The notes under the pieces: generated by a model | The model's input: the letters and a program-made list of their open reading frames with translations, nothing else | Told to the model about the DNA's origin: nothing | Database searches by the model: none | Translations under genes and position numbers: made by a program | In this document: piece after piece, positions 1-11,100 of the stretch | Layout of the letters: every line of letters starts with the position of its first letter | Position numbering within the stretch: position 1 is the stretch's first letter | Source: Dimorphilus gyrociliatus | Taxonomy: Eukaryota > Animalia > Annelida | Reading direction: 5' to 3' | Assembly (NCBI GenBank): GCA_904063045.1 | Contig: CAJFCJ010000070.1 | Location: forward strand, 95,496 to 159,495 | Length of the DNA stretch: 64,000 nt

Positions 1-1310
1 ATTTTCGGCCAATCTTTCCAATGCTGCATTATCATCTGTTAAAACAAAAGGAAAATGTAAATCTATTAATATTTATTGTTAATGTTTTTACAGGATATGC
101 AAATGGTATTTAGATAGACCAAATCTGTCATTATTTCTACAATATCATTCTCTTGTACCGGAAATAATCCAGGATTTTGAAAATAATTTTTGTCTTGCAT
201 AAAATCTACTTTATCTGTGGCGAGATCATTAGAATTTTGCGATATTTTATTAATAATTCCTTTATGCTGAACTGACGAAGCTGATGAATATTCAAATTAG
301 TATTCATTTATTAGAAAAGATAATCATTTTTTCTTATCGTACAATAATAATCTCCTTTATCGACTAATTTTCCATAAAGGTGCAACTCTTGCATTTCCAT
401 TATGCTCTTTGAAGTATCGGTTGATGAATATTGATGAAAGAGAAAATATAGACCAATGTGAACTTTTTCACATCTAATTGCCAATGTTTCGTACCGTTTC
501 AATAGTTTATATGTATCACCATTTCTACTACAAAATTTAGCATCTGATTGGTACAGAGTATCAGGTGTCATTTTAACAGAGGTATGTAAATAAGGCACAA
601 TATTTCTATTTTCTATGGGTTTTTTTTAAATAGTTGTAAGTAAAAGAGAGATAAATCGAATTGAAATTACCTGGCTGTCTACGCCGTATTAAAACGAATC
701 CAAAGAGTTTGTACAAATTTTTCAGTATAATCAACAAGAACGGCTTCTGGTAATGAGTATCAGAAGAATGATACGAAGTTAAGTAATTTCTATCAATTGC
801 ATATTCCCCTTTGTAATCTTCATAGAGAAAAGAGTATCTCATCTTAAAATTTTCAATACTAATCTTCTTATTTTCTGAAAAATATGAAAAGAGAAAATGT
901 ATAATTTAATCTATTTTATTATTTAAAGTATCATTATTTTTACCTCTTTCATTATAAAATAATCCTTTAACGTCAATGTCACAAAGTTCAATTACTGAAC
1001 TATGTAATTGTTTTTCTATAAAAACAAAAGAACCAATGACGTCATCATTCTCACATGTGAAACACTCATAATTAGAGAAGCTAGTTGAAGTCGACATTTT
1101 AATTGGACCTTTTATATATGTACAGAATTTGTTCTCCTTATTAAAATACTTTCCAACAGTAACATTAAGTTCTTTGAGAGATGTTCCTACAAATTAATCC
1201 GAAGCGTTTTGAATATTTAAAAACTACTCAAAAAATCTTCTCTCTATAACAGCGAACCAGGACTTGGATGTTGAATGATGATAGGTTTTCGCACAATTTT
1301 CCTATGATGA
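1..1310 (-). CDS. Multi-exon gene with two F-type lectin (FTP/galactose-binding-like) domains; runs off the left window edge
   Basis: Spliced minus-strand exons read KFCTYIKGP...CENDDVIGSFVFIEKQ...IELCDIDVKG and EYAIDRNYLTSYHS...KPFLLIIL...AIRCEKVHIGLYFLFH...MEMQELHLYG (FTP pattern C..G.YV.I...LCEVEV.G). GT-AG introns; intron positions and peptide (TDLVYLNTICIS) match the paralog at 49320-50498. 5' limit approximate. Confidence 0.55.
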
Positions 1311-2025
1311 AAAATTTTAATAGTTAGAAATTTCAAATTTTTTTATTATTTTAAATTAGAGACAATGCTTATGTTGGAGTCCGTTGCGAATTGTGGCGTA
1401 TATGTTACAGAGCCCGAATAGTCAGTTGTGCTCTGAAATGAAAGCTTTTCTCTTGCAAGGTTAACAAAAATGTAGCAATTGGGTTGTAGTGCTGCATAAG
1501 TAAAATATATTTCAAATGTGAGATTGTAACTAAATGTCCAAAATAAAGGACTCTTCTCTTATATCAGTTTAACTAACCACTAAAGAAGAGAAATAATAAA
1601 GGCTTTATATTCGTTTTCATCATTCAAAACCTATCTTTCTATTCCAACCGCAAATGTTTCATACAGAGAAAACTCTCTGTGCAACTTTGTAGAAAACTCA
1701 TAGAATAATTGTAAATATTGTATATCCTTTGTGTTTGTGATAAAAGATTCATTTTTGATGGTATGTTTTCAATGTAAATTTTAGCAATGGAATGTCTATT
1801 CAACTGATGTTTTAAAGATCTAAACAAAAATTACACATTTAAGTATACATATATAGTTATTGATAAAGTCCAAGAATTGCTATTGATTTTTAATTGCTAC
1901 CAGTTTTTAATTGGTTAGGAATCTTTTTCAATTTGTAAAGTACTTAAAAATTTTTTTACAAATTGATCTAAAGCATTGGCTCTTTATAAGCTTACTAATA
2001 ATTGTTGCTGTCTAGAAAGTTGTGT

Positions 2026-2052
2026 AGAGAGAGAGAGAGAAAGAGAGAGAGA
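2026..2052. repeat. (GA)n microsatellite
   Basis: agagagagagagagaaagagagagaga seen directly. Confidence 0.9.
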
Positions 2053-2129
2053 ATATGCTATATAAACAATCAATTCATTGATAACTAACTTCCAGTCTAA
2101 AAACTTTAAAAATTTTGTCACAATAAACT

Positions 2130-2735
2130 TTTTCAACAATTTTCAACAATTGTTGAATTTTCTAAAATGCTGAAGAGGTTCGGCCGCCTTCTTTTTACTT
2201 TCATCATAGAAAAGGAGATCAGAATTTGTTCTCTCCATAATGATATCTCTCATTTAGCGGTGAATCTATGAGAAGATACAGGAATTTTCATTTTAAATCA
2301 TCTTCAAACACCTCAAATATCCATCTGAAAAGTTGCTAAGGTTTTTAAATATAGCACAAGAACTGTTTAAACTATAAAAGAAAATTTTATTAATGTTAAA
2401 ATAGTGAAAGATAGACCAAGTGATGGAGAGAAAACAAAAACGGTTCAAATGACGTTTTATGGTCGTCTGTCAATCAGAGACTCATGCAGCTTTTTCATCT
2501 CTGCCTTTCTCTTTCTATTGATTTTCTTCGCAATTTTTTCATTCTTCTTTCATAATTCCTCCTTAGTTTTTAACTGAAATCTGTCATAGACAGTATCTTG
2601 TGTCTTATTAATCCAATCTCTTAAAGCTTGAACAGCTGAAAAACTGTCACTTGGTATTTTGTTTAATTCATCTTTAGCTTCCTTAATATACTTTTTATCA
2701 ATACTGCAAATGTAGCCATCCTCTGCCGTGCTTTA
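2130..2735 (-). pseudogene. CRAL-TRIO (alpha-tocopherol transfer/clavesin-like) pseudogene, copy 1
   Basis: N-terminus YICSIDKKYIKEAKDELNKIP...VQALRDWINK and C-terminus KKAAEPLQHFRKFN match copy 2 (YICSLDEKYIKKSKDEL; KKSAANPLQHFRKLNID). Start codon is ACG where the paralog has ATG; the middle is disrupted. Confidence 0.65.
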
Positions 2736-2770
2736 TGGTAGAAGTGATCACAAATTGAAAAATTCTCTAC

Positions 2771-2785
2771 TTTTATAGACAGGTG
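2771..2785 (-). promoter_or_regulatory. E-box (CACCTG) + TATAAAA upstream of CRAL-TRIO copy 1
   Basis: Minus strand cacctgtctataaaa, conserved with 18212-18226, about 40 bp upstream of the start-codon position. Confidence 0.45.
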
Positions 2786-2834
2786 TCGCTCTAAAGAATC
2801 AAATTGTGATCGATAATATAGTTTGTTAAAAAAC

Positions 2835-3430
2835 TCATGGTCATACCTAAAAAAGAAGGATTGGTAAACATATGCGCACAAATGTAGATGATCTATGGAG
2901 GGCAACACAGCAAGAATTCAATAATATTCCGACTGACTATGTTTTAGAAAGAGGCTACAGCTGTGTCTTTTCAATAAGGGTGGTCATAACAAGTACTAAA
3001 AAGATTTTAAAGTATTATTACTATTTTTTTATAAAATATTATAATAAATCATGTATATAAGTTGTAACACAGTGTCCTAAGGTAGATTTAATGTGAAATA
3101 TTTAATAAAATAGATAGATACTATATACAACTGTCAACTATTTGTGTATTTTTACATTCAGAATATGAACTGTGGGCCATCATAGACCATTGTTTCAGTC
3201 AAGTGTCACTATTCTCAATTGGGCTGAGGTCAGGGCTCCTTGCTGGCCAATCAATGGGCTTGATGTTATTATTTTTAAAGGCTGTTTTAATGCTCCTTGC
3301 AGAGTGACAGACGGCATTGTCTTGGTGGAAGATGTACTGCCTGTTCATTATTGCCTCAATTTCTTCTATGACAGGAAGAACATCTTCCACACTGAAGGAG
3401 CTATTATTTTGTGCATTCAGCCTTCTGCTT
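2835..3430. mobile_element. Tc1-like transposase remnant split by a local inversion
   Basis: Minus 3430-3211: IFHQDNAVCHSARS...WPARSPDLSPIEN. Plus from 2835: SWSYLKKK..NVDDLWRATQQEFNNIP...KGGHNKY*, the normal continuation after PIEN. Confidence 0.8.
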
Positions 3431-3709
3431 GCTGTTGCAAAAATATTTTTCTTCTACAATAAAAACTAGGTTAAGACAGAAAACTACCACAAAAGATAGA
3501 AAATGTCCATAAAATTAAAACAGTGAAAAAAGGCAAAAAAACCAAAAAAAACTCTTTCTTTGGAAAGCTTTCTAAAAAAGTATTAATTTAATATGTATAA
3601 TTAATTATATATTCAAAAAAATAATTCTGAGCTTTTGCTAAAAAATTCTTGGTTTAAAAAACTTATTCTGTATATTTAAAGTAGATGATTGATTTATTGG
3701 AAAAAATAA

Positions 3710-4582
3710 TTAATCAGTCATGTTGTCTTCAATCCATTGACGATAAAAGGAAACACGGGCATATCCAGCTGGTCTATTTGGTGGGCAGAAGATGATACCA
3801 AAAGATGTGATACCAGCTATTTGCATAGAGTTGTTGGGTCCAATTGGACAGTTCAATGGGCCACCAGAATCACCCTGTAATAGTATTATATGCACATTTG
3901 TTAAAAGTTCACATTAGTATTTAAAACTTACATTGCATGAATTAGTGGTTTGATCATCATTGTTTAGGCAAATGTGCATGTCATCATCAGCTTGAGGAAT
4001 TCCTTGTGCTTGGCATTCAGCAGTTGAGAGAACACGGGTTTCTGCCTTTTGGAGAATGTTAGCCAAAGGAGCTCCACCAGCTGTACGACCCCAACCAGAA
4101 ATAGTACAAGCTTGTCCAGCCAAAGTTCCAACATTTGATGAGACAAGTGTAGCTGCAGCAACATTTCCAGAAAGGTTGATAGCCTCATCAAATTTCATGA
4201 CACCAATGTCATTAGGAAATCCTAAACTTCCATCATTGACAAAATCAGGGTGAGGTGTAACAATGGATGGAGTTCTAGCTTGAGTCCCAGTTTCATCACT
4301 ATGGGTGTGAAGACCAAAAACCAATCTGTGAGAAGAGAGAACTGGGTTTTGGATACAATGAGCAGCAGTCAAAACCCAGTTTGCATTCATGACAACAGCT
4401 CCACAATTGTGAGAGCATGAGGCTCCAGAGCATCTTTGCAAAGAAACTTGCCATGGAAATTCACCAGGAGAAGCATTTTCTCCACCAACAATGTAGCCAA
4501 CATCAGTGGTCAAATGAACAGGATCACATGGTTTTGCCTCAATGGCAACAGCTACAACAACAAGTAAAGCTAAAACTTTCAT
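3710..4582 (-). CDS. Secreted S1A serine protease, chymotrypsin/elastase-like, resembling earthworm fibrinolytic enzymes (lumbrokinase); 2 exons (4582-3932, 3874-3710)
   Basis: Signal peptide MKVLALLVVVAVAIEA, activation site IVGGENASPGEFPWQVSLQR, triad TAAHC / PNDIG / GDSGGP; a 57-bp GT-AG intron (3931-3875) joins SCN|GDSGGP in frame; no Asp at the S1 position. Confidence 0.95.
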
Positions 4583-5173
4583 TCTGTAAGTTTCTCTGTC
4601 TATTGAACATAAATTTTACCTTATATAATTTTTGAATTTTACATATGCAAGATTATAATAATTTCCCATAGTATTTCATATCTTTTGAATGCCTATTTCA
4701 AAATTTGTTAATTACACTAACTTTTTATACTAAAGTTGTATGTGAAACAATTAGAAATTTAATAAAAACTTCTGTATAGTTTATGTTCATTCACTGACCT
4801 AATCAATATCAACAACAAGATGCTTTTTTGTATCAAATTAGCTTCAACACAGGAACAGAAAAAAAAGGAGAGATAAAATGTTAAAAGTACAATTCATATG
4901 GTGTATCTCACATAAACATAAGACATAAATAGTTTTTTATCAATGATAGTATAAAGAAAAGTTCAAATGCAACAAGGAGTCTGATATATTACACACACTA
5001 TTAGCACTTTATTAAATATATTAATTTATGACATTCTTGGAAATTTTTAATAAAATTCCCTTCATTTGCATAACAATATCTTGATCGAAGTGGTGTTTGT
5101 TTAAAACTAGATTATCTTTTAAAAAGTTAATTCATAGATTTACTTAGTAATATACCCTCCAGCCAGGGAGACA

Positions 5174-5830
5174 TTAAAAGTGAGATTTAAACCCTAACCC
5201 TTCAACATTGATATTGCTATTTTGATTTATAGCAAACTTTGAGATGAATATATTATTGATGTTCATAAGGTTGTTGGCACACCAATTTGCAGGTTTGTTA
5301 ATGAATAAAAAGATATAAGTAATAAAAAACATTGTTAGTGCTTTTAGTTTAAATGTTAAAGAACTAGATGGCATTGAACTATTTCAATCTACTTTAAATG
5401 TACTTTAAATCATCTCCTCTGCTACTGACCTTTTATATTGCTACTTGCTTAAGTATTTTATTTCGTGTAAACCAAATGGTATAAATAATGTTGTTAAACT
5501 GGTTACCATAAATAGACCAATAACTATTCTATTGCAATTTCTTAATGAAGACCATAACTTTGCCTTTGTTGGAAAAGCATTACATAATTATCTGTCTACA
5601 GTTACTGCTAGAAGATTTAATGATGAAAACTGACGGAACGAAATGTAAAAATACACAAATAGTTGACAGTTGAATAGTATGTAGAGTGATAGTGGAATAA
5701 TTACAGTTCTAAATGGAGCCACTCCTGTAAATGAATTACCAATTAGTGCCATTAAAATCTCCACTTGAAAATACTGCCAAATAGCGAAAAATTGTCATCT
5801 TTCATACATTTCCTCTTACAATGAAGAAAA
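5174..5830 (-). pseudogene. Class A GPCR pseudogene
   Basis: LMALIGNSF...CQLFVYFYISFRQFSSLNLLAVTVDR*LCNAFPTKAK: the DRY tyrosine codon is TAA; further TM-like segments with stops and deletions. Confidence 0.6.
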
Positions 5831-6019
5831 TAGATAAAAAAATTCAAAGGAATTCAAATTAGTATACTGCAAAGTAAAACAGAATAGACAACTAATCTAC
5901 TAGCAAGAAACTCATTTCTAAAAAGGTTTGACTAGAATCTGCACTGTTGTAACCTGTAAATGTATAAATTTGCCAAGTAAGATCAGTAAAATCTCTTAGT
6001 CAATATTTCTTCTTTTTCA

Positions 6020-6570
6020 GAACAGTTTTATAAAGCGCTGTGGCTCTGATTTCTTAAAACATTGTTTACATGAAACCACATGACTACATAGTAATAACAA
6101 AATGTTTGCCATTTGAACAAAATGAAGACTAGTTTACTTGATGATTGGCAGCTATTTCTCCTTTAGCTGAACTATCCAAATTATCATTGTTATTTTCACT
6201 GAAATAAAAAAAACTGGTAAGTTTAAAATGAAAGGTAAAAATAGAACTAAAGCAAACAGTACTTTTTTGACATCTAGTGGTACATTTTGAAACTTTTATA
6301 TTTGCTATGATTCATTGATGGAGACTTGCCCAGAAATATTGACTCAGATTGTTTATACAAGTCAGCAGATATCTATTTGGATAATAGGAATTGCAATGAC
6401 ACGCCTGTTCTTTTGTATTGACACTTTTTCTCATTTTGGATGAAACAGGAAAAGGAAAGACAGAAGTTTTACAATCTTGTTTACAATAATATAGAATTTG
6501 TAGCAAAATGGCACTTATGACAATTTGATAAGGCTATAGGATGGTTATAATGTCAGTCTGTTTGTATAAG
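6020..6570 (-). pseudogene. RING-finger E3 ligase pseudogene (possibly Neuralized/NHR-RING), copy 1
   Basis: ANILLLLCSHVVSCKQC aligns with the RING at 19960-20100; DNA similarity upstream (gatggagacttgcccagaa vs gatgacttgccagaa); last CxxC lost. Confidence 0.45.
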
Positions 6571-7498
6571 CGATACACTGGTTTATTTTTCAAGAGTTGT
6601 GAGTAATGGGAGAAAATGACTATCTCTTTTCGGTGTTTTACCCTAATCTAAACCACCCCAATTAACAAGATTCTTTCTACTTTATGCAAAATCACTTTAT
6701 AGTCTTGAAGATGAGCAAAATGAACTGATCTTGTCCCAGTAATACAAAAAATGGGTTGTTGAAAAAATCCACAGTTTTGTGGTTTTACCCTAACCCAGCC
6801 CTGGTCCATATTTTAAGGGGTTTATTGTTCATAATCCTTAGTTATTAAAAGCCCCCCTCCCCCCAAAAAAATGCTATCTGAAAAATAATTTCAGTTGGAA
6901 TGAGCAAGAAACTCCTTAAAACTACAGCAAAACAAAATACATTTCTATTTTAGCTGTGTTCTGATATCTTTTTTGCTAAAATAAAGCTGGCTAGTTTTAA
7001 TTTTCAACACCCTTAAGTTAAGATGGAAAAAGAAGCCAAGAAATATAATTTGACTAGTGGGTGTATACAATATCAACATTGATTGGCTGTTTAAAAAAAC
7101 CAGTTTAAGGATTGATCAATATAGGATTTGTAGCTGCAAAATAAATTACTTTAAGATTAGAAAGAAATAATATATAAAGATTGATATGCTGTTATTTCAT
7201 TTTGGCAAAATGCCAACAGTTATTAGTATATATTTATATATATTTATATTTAGAGACGTGTTAGCTATACTCTTATATTGTTTAAAATATTTAGTGGAAA
7301 ATATTTCTCATTTTCCTGAATGCTGTATATACTAACATAATCTCCAATAGCGACAAAGACTTGTTGAGACAAGTTGAACTAAAAATATATATATATATAT
7401 TAGTATATACAATGGTTGCTAAAGTGAGCTCATTGGAGCTGTCACTAGCAAGCTTAGTAAACTTTTAAAATCTGAAAAAAAGACCTTTTACAAAAGAG

Positions 7499-7970
7499 AT
7501 GAAACTTTTCATTAGTGTAACTCTTTTTGCAATAATTGCTTTGAGTATTATCACAGGTGAAAAAATTATAAAAACAAAAACAACAAATTTATTGAAACTT
7601 TCTAACGTTTTTTTTTGAAGTTGGCGAATCACTAAAGTGTTATTTATGCTTTAACTGTGAAGCGGATCCAACATCTTCAACACCAACTTGTACAACAGAT
7701 GGATTTTGTGGAAAAAGAATTGGTATTGTATTAAAGTTTTGTTTATAGAATTGGATTATTGTTTTGTTTTTTTTTAAAATAGATAATGGAGTTACTAGTA
7801 GGGGATGTGTAGACAAATCATTCAGAGTGAAAAATACATGTGTAGATGAAAACGGAAGCCATGGTTGTACTTGCAGTACAGATTTATGTAACACTTCAGC
7901 AAGAAGTAAACCCATTCTCATGCTAATGTTCTGTTCGATTTTTTTTGCTTTGTACTCTCTTTTCATATAA
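7499..7970 (+). CDS. Ly6/uPAR three-finger (quiver-like) GPI-anchored protein; exons 7499-7556, 7621-7722, 7783-7970
   Basis: Signal peptide MKLFISVTLFAIIALSIIT, then LKCYLCFNC...C...C...RGC...C...GCTCSTDLCN and a hydrophobic C-terminal GPI signal; two phase-1 GT-AG introns (64 and 60 bp) keep the frame. Confidence 0.85.
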
Positions 7971-8311
7971 TTTAGGAAAAAGGTATGATGCTTGTCATAA
8001 AGGCTTAAATCACCTTGAAAAAAATATCATTTGCTGGTTTTTTGCTTAGTAATACAATAAAATAGAAAATACATATACAATTTCTTGTTTAATTAAACAG
8101 AGTCCTAGCTAAACTGTGAGCTTGATTGATATTTAAATATGGATTTAGCATTAAGTATATAATTTACAATTGTCAAATATATTTCTATTAAAAAGTCATC
8201 AAGCAGCCATGAGACTTAGGAATAAAATATTTTAACCAATATTTAATCACTTTCATGTTACTACTCAACTTAAAACAGTACTAAAATCAAAATTATTTGG
8301 CTAAAGTGATA

Positions 8312-8674
8312 AAAAGATAAACAATGAACTACACAGTTTGGCAACTGTAAAGTGGTGATTGGATATCAGAGGCAGACCTCAAAGTGTATAAATCCTCATT
8401 ATTTTCATTCTAAGCATTCCTATCTGAACCCAAGAAACCTGGGAAGATAACCTGGAAACAAACCTCCACTGGAGCCATCCATCTACTCCTCAATATTGGA
8501 AAACAGTTTGGTAATTTGGCAACCTGCTGTTACGAACAATCTACTATGCTATTGAACTCTCGTATTGCTACTTGCTTAAGTATTATTATTGCGAATAAAC
8601 CGTTTTAATTTAAACATTTGTTTAAAGGTTTGAGAAGAAGCAGTATTGTTGTAACTCGCAAACGCATAAATTTA
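8312..8674 (+). mobile_element. Repeat family A (retroposon-like), 5'-truncated copy with 30-bp target-site duplication
   Basis: Homologous to 36565-37045 and 61460-62015; flanked by taaaatcaaaattatttggc(t/c)aaagtgata at 8282-8311 and 8675-8704. Confidence 0.75.
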
Positions 8675-9289
8675 TAAAATCAAAATTATTTGGCCAAAGT
8701 GATATCTAAGAGTCATTTTGTCAAAAGTCACTGATACCACCAAAATGTAACAGTGCTTAGCAGACAGCTAACAATATTTTTGTTAGCTTTTAAGCTGAAC
8801 ATGTCTGAAAAGGGTTAGTCCTCATTCCAGACTATGCTAACAAATACAACACAAAGCAGGATGGTATTCAAATCTCTAACTATAAAAATATAGGGAGAAA
8901 ATACTATTAAAATGTTGGCATTTTTCCAAAAAAAAAGAAATATCAGTCAATAGAAAATAAATTTTTTACAGAGACAGAAGTTTGTATTGCAATGAATTGA
9001 AAGTAATTAAAACATAAAAATGTTATCCTACTCTATATGTAGAATTTTCTACTCCAATACTGGATTGAATGATGATAGGCTAAAAAATTGATTTCTTACC
9101 TGAAAGGAAAAAAGATTTAATCTTCTTCTATGGGTCATTATGAGGATGTTAGGTTATATATAATGGGCTGCAGGAGAAAATGTCCACAGGAAAAAACATC
9201 CACGTATCTTTAAAGTTCTCTCCTTCTTTAACAATTCAGAAGTGGCTCTATCTGTTAAGGCTAAAACTTGACGTTATAATGATCATAGA

Positions 9290-9660
9290 ATCTAATAACT
9301 ACCTACTCTGCTATGGAACTTTTATGGATGTGGCAGAAAAGGATGTGGTAGAAAACAGCCATAAATCTATGGTTTTACCCTAACCCTAACCCAGCCCTTG
9401 TTTTTGCCTGACCTTTTCGAATACCCCTAACCCTTAGATGGGACCCTCCTAAGAACATATCAACAGTTATCTTATCCCTCCTAACCATTTCCCAGGCTGA
9501 AATCTAACTTTCAAATATTTCATTTATGGCCGTTTTCGACTGGTGCCAACTTTTATATTGTAATGAGCTTAAGCACTTTATTTCAAATAAACCATTTAAA
9601 TTAAACACTTTTGTTTAAGGGTTCAAGTAGAACCAGTACTGTTGTTAAATTTGGCGAAAG
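9290..9660 (+). mobile_element. Repeat family A 3' portion interrupted by a MITE
   Basis: ctactctgctat..gaact left of the MITE and aaataaaccatttaaattaaacac...gtagaaccagtactg right of it match the family A tail. Confidence 0.6.
9325..9547 (+). mobile_element. MULE-type MITE (family B, subfamily 2)
   Basis: Near-identical to 41659-41865; ccctaaccctaa core; degenerate TSD aact(t)ttat; 5' terminal 15-mer is tandemly duplicated. Confidence 0.8.
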
Positions 9661-9790
9661 TTACAAGAGTATTATTTTGGTTTATTTAAAAGTTTGGAGA
9701 AAGTAAATTTGGCAGAAGGAGGAAATGAAAATGCCATTGGGGTAGTTACATACTCTAATCCTTCAACCCCAGCAACTCGAACAATTACAA

Positions 9791-10470
9791 TTGAACCAGC
9801 AGAAATGTCAGAAAGGCATTAGATTAATTGAAGACTATGATAGATTGGTAAGTGAAATGGAAAGAAATAGAATTACAATTCCACCAGATTTTGGAAATGG
9901 AACACCTCGCCCAGCACAGAGCCCTAATGTTGATATCATAACAGTATTTCAAACATTAAGGGCTGCTTGGGACTGCCCTCAAAGAACTATCATCAAGTTA
10001 TATGATGGAAGGAATGACATTCAACATTCAAGGAAGACATTAATCAGGCACGTCATGCTTATGACTGGGTTGACGAAGATGTTGTGAAAGCAAATCTTTT
10101 AGATTATTTAACTAGTCCTGCAAAGGATTTGGTGCTAGCTCTTGATGGAGAGCCTACTGTAGAAAAAATATGGAAAGCTCTCCATGACAAATTTAATCTT
10201 GATTCTATGGAGTATCAAGAGAAACTGTTTACCTTAAAGCAAACAATGGTGAAAATGTGGTTCAGTTTGTTAAAGAGATTTTCTCCACCTAGACCAATAA
10301 ACCTACAATTGCTTGCATCAATGAAAAACGTGCAACTGATGGAAGTTTTACAAAAAGCATTAAATGAGGGTATTTTGCATTTAATGAACACCCTACATCC
10401 TAGATGTCAAACATTGGCAGAACGAAAAGAGAAAAGAGGCCAAAAAGACCCAAGTAATGAGAAAAGATGA
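9791..10470 (+). mobile_element. Ty3/Gypsy gag (capsid, PNMA-like) remnant
   Basis: Across frameshifts: LYDGRNDIQ.FKEDINQARHAYDWVDEDVVKANLLDYLTSPAKDLV...EKIWKALHDKF...LFTLKQ.GENVVQF; no pol or LTR pair recognised. Confidence 0.65.
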
Positions 10471-10949
10471 TAATACATAAAACCCCAAATTTTTGGAATA
10501 GAAAGCATGTACCTGACTAAAAAACACTACTAAAGCAAAGTGGACAAACCAAAAAGTAGGGTATATGGATGGAACTTTCAAAGCTGTAAAGCTGTCTTCT
10601 TACCAACTATTTTCAATACATTCATTCATAAAAAAGGGTTAGAAGTTAAATATTAGGTATTAGCGCAATCAGTGTAGACTGCTAACCCCTCACAATTGCA
10701 CTCACACTGCTAACATTGTTAGGCTAAAGGTTGATGTAGTTGTTTAGGAATTGCTATCTAAAGTAGCCCTTCTAGCCTAAGCTATTACTGTATCTCCAAC
10801 AAACACAAGATACAAATTGGAAATTCAAAAGACAAAAGAGCTGAAATTAAAAGAAAAATTAAGCAGCAAAGTTGATCATGAAGCTACAAAATTTGGAAAC
10901 ATTGAACAATGACAAGATGTCAGAAAACAATAAAGTTAAAAATATTCTC

Positions 10950-11100
10950 TGTTTTGAGATAGTGAAAAATCCATATGTGAGTTCTTACAAAGTAAACAAC
11001 ATGAAAGGAATAGCATCTGCTGTTGAATAAGATGTAACAACTTTGACCTGCATCTTTTCCATGTTCTTTGTACCTTTGTTAATTCCCAAGTAAAATATCT
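10950..11100 (+). pseudogene. GPCR TM5-like fragment homologous to 47950-48045
   Basis: gcatctgctgttgaataagatgtaacaactttgacctgc matches gcatctgtttttgaataagatgtaacaagtttgacatgc; reads VTTLTCIFSMFFVPLLI. Confidence 0.35.

Noticed and set aside
3964-4635. Overlapping ORFs 3964-4191, 4056-4253, 4417-4635 (and antisense ORFs inside the NLR at 13910-15037)
   Set aside because: Shadow frames of real genes with no independent motifs.
9375-9395. ccctaaccctaaccc as an interstitial telomere or fusion site
   Set aside because: Only about two units, always at the same position inside MITE family B.
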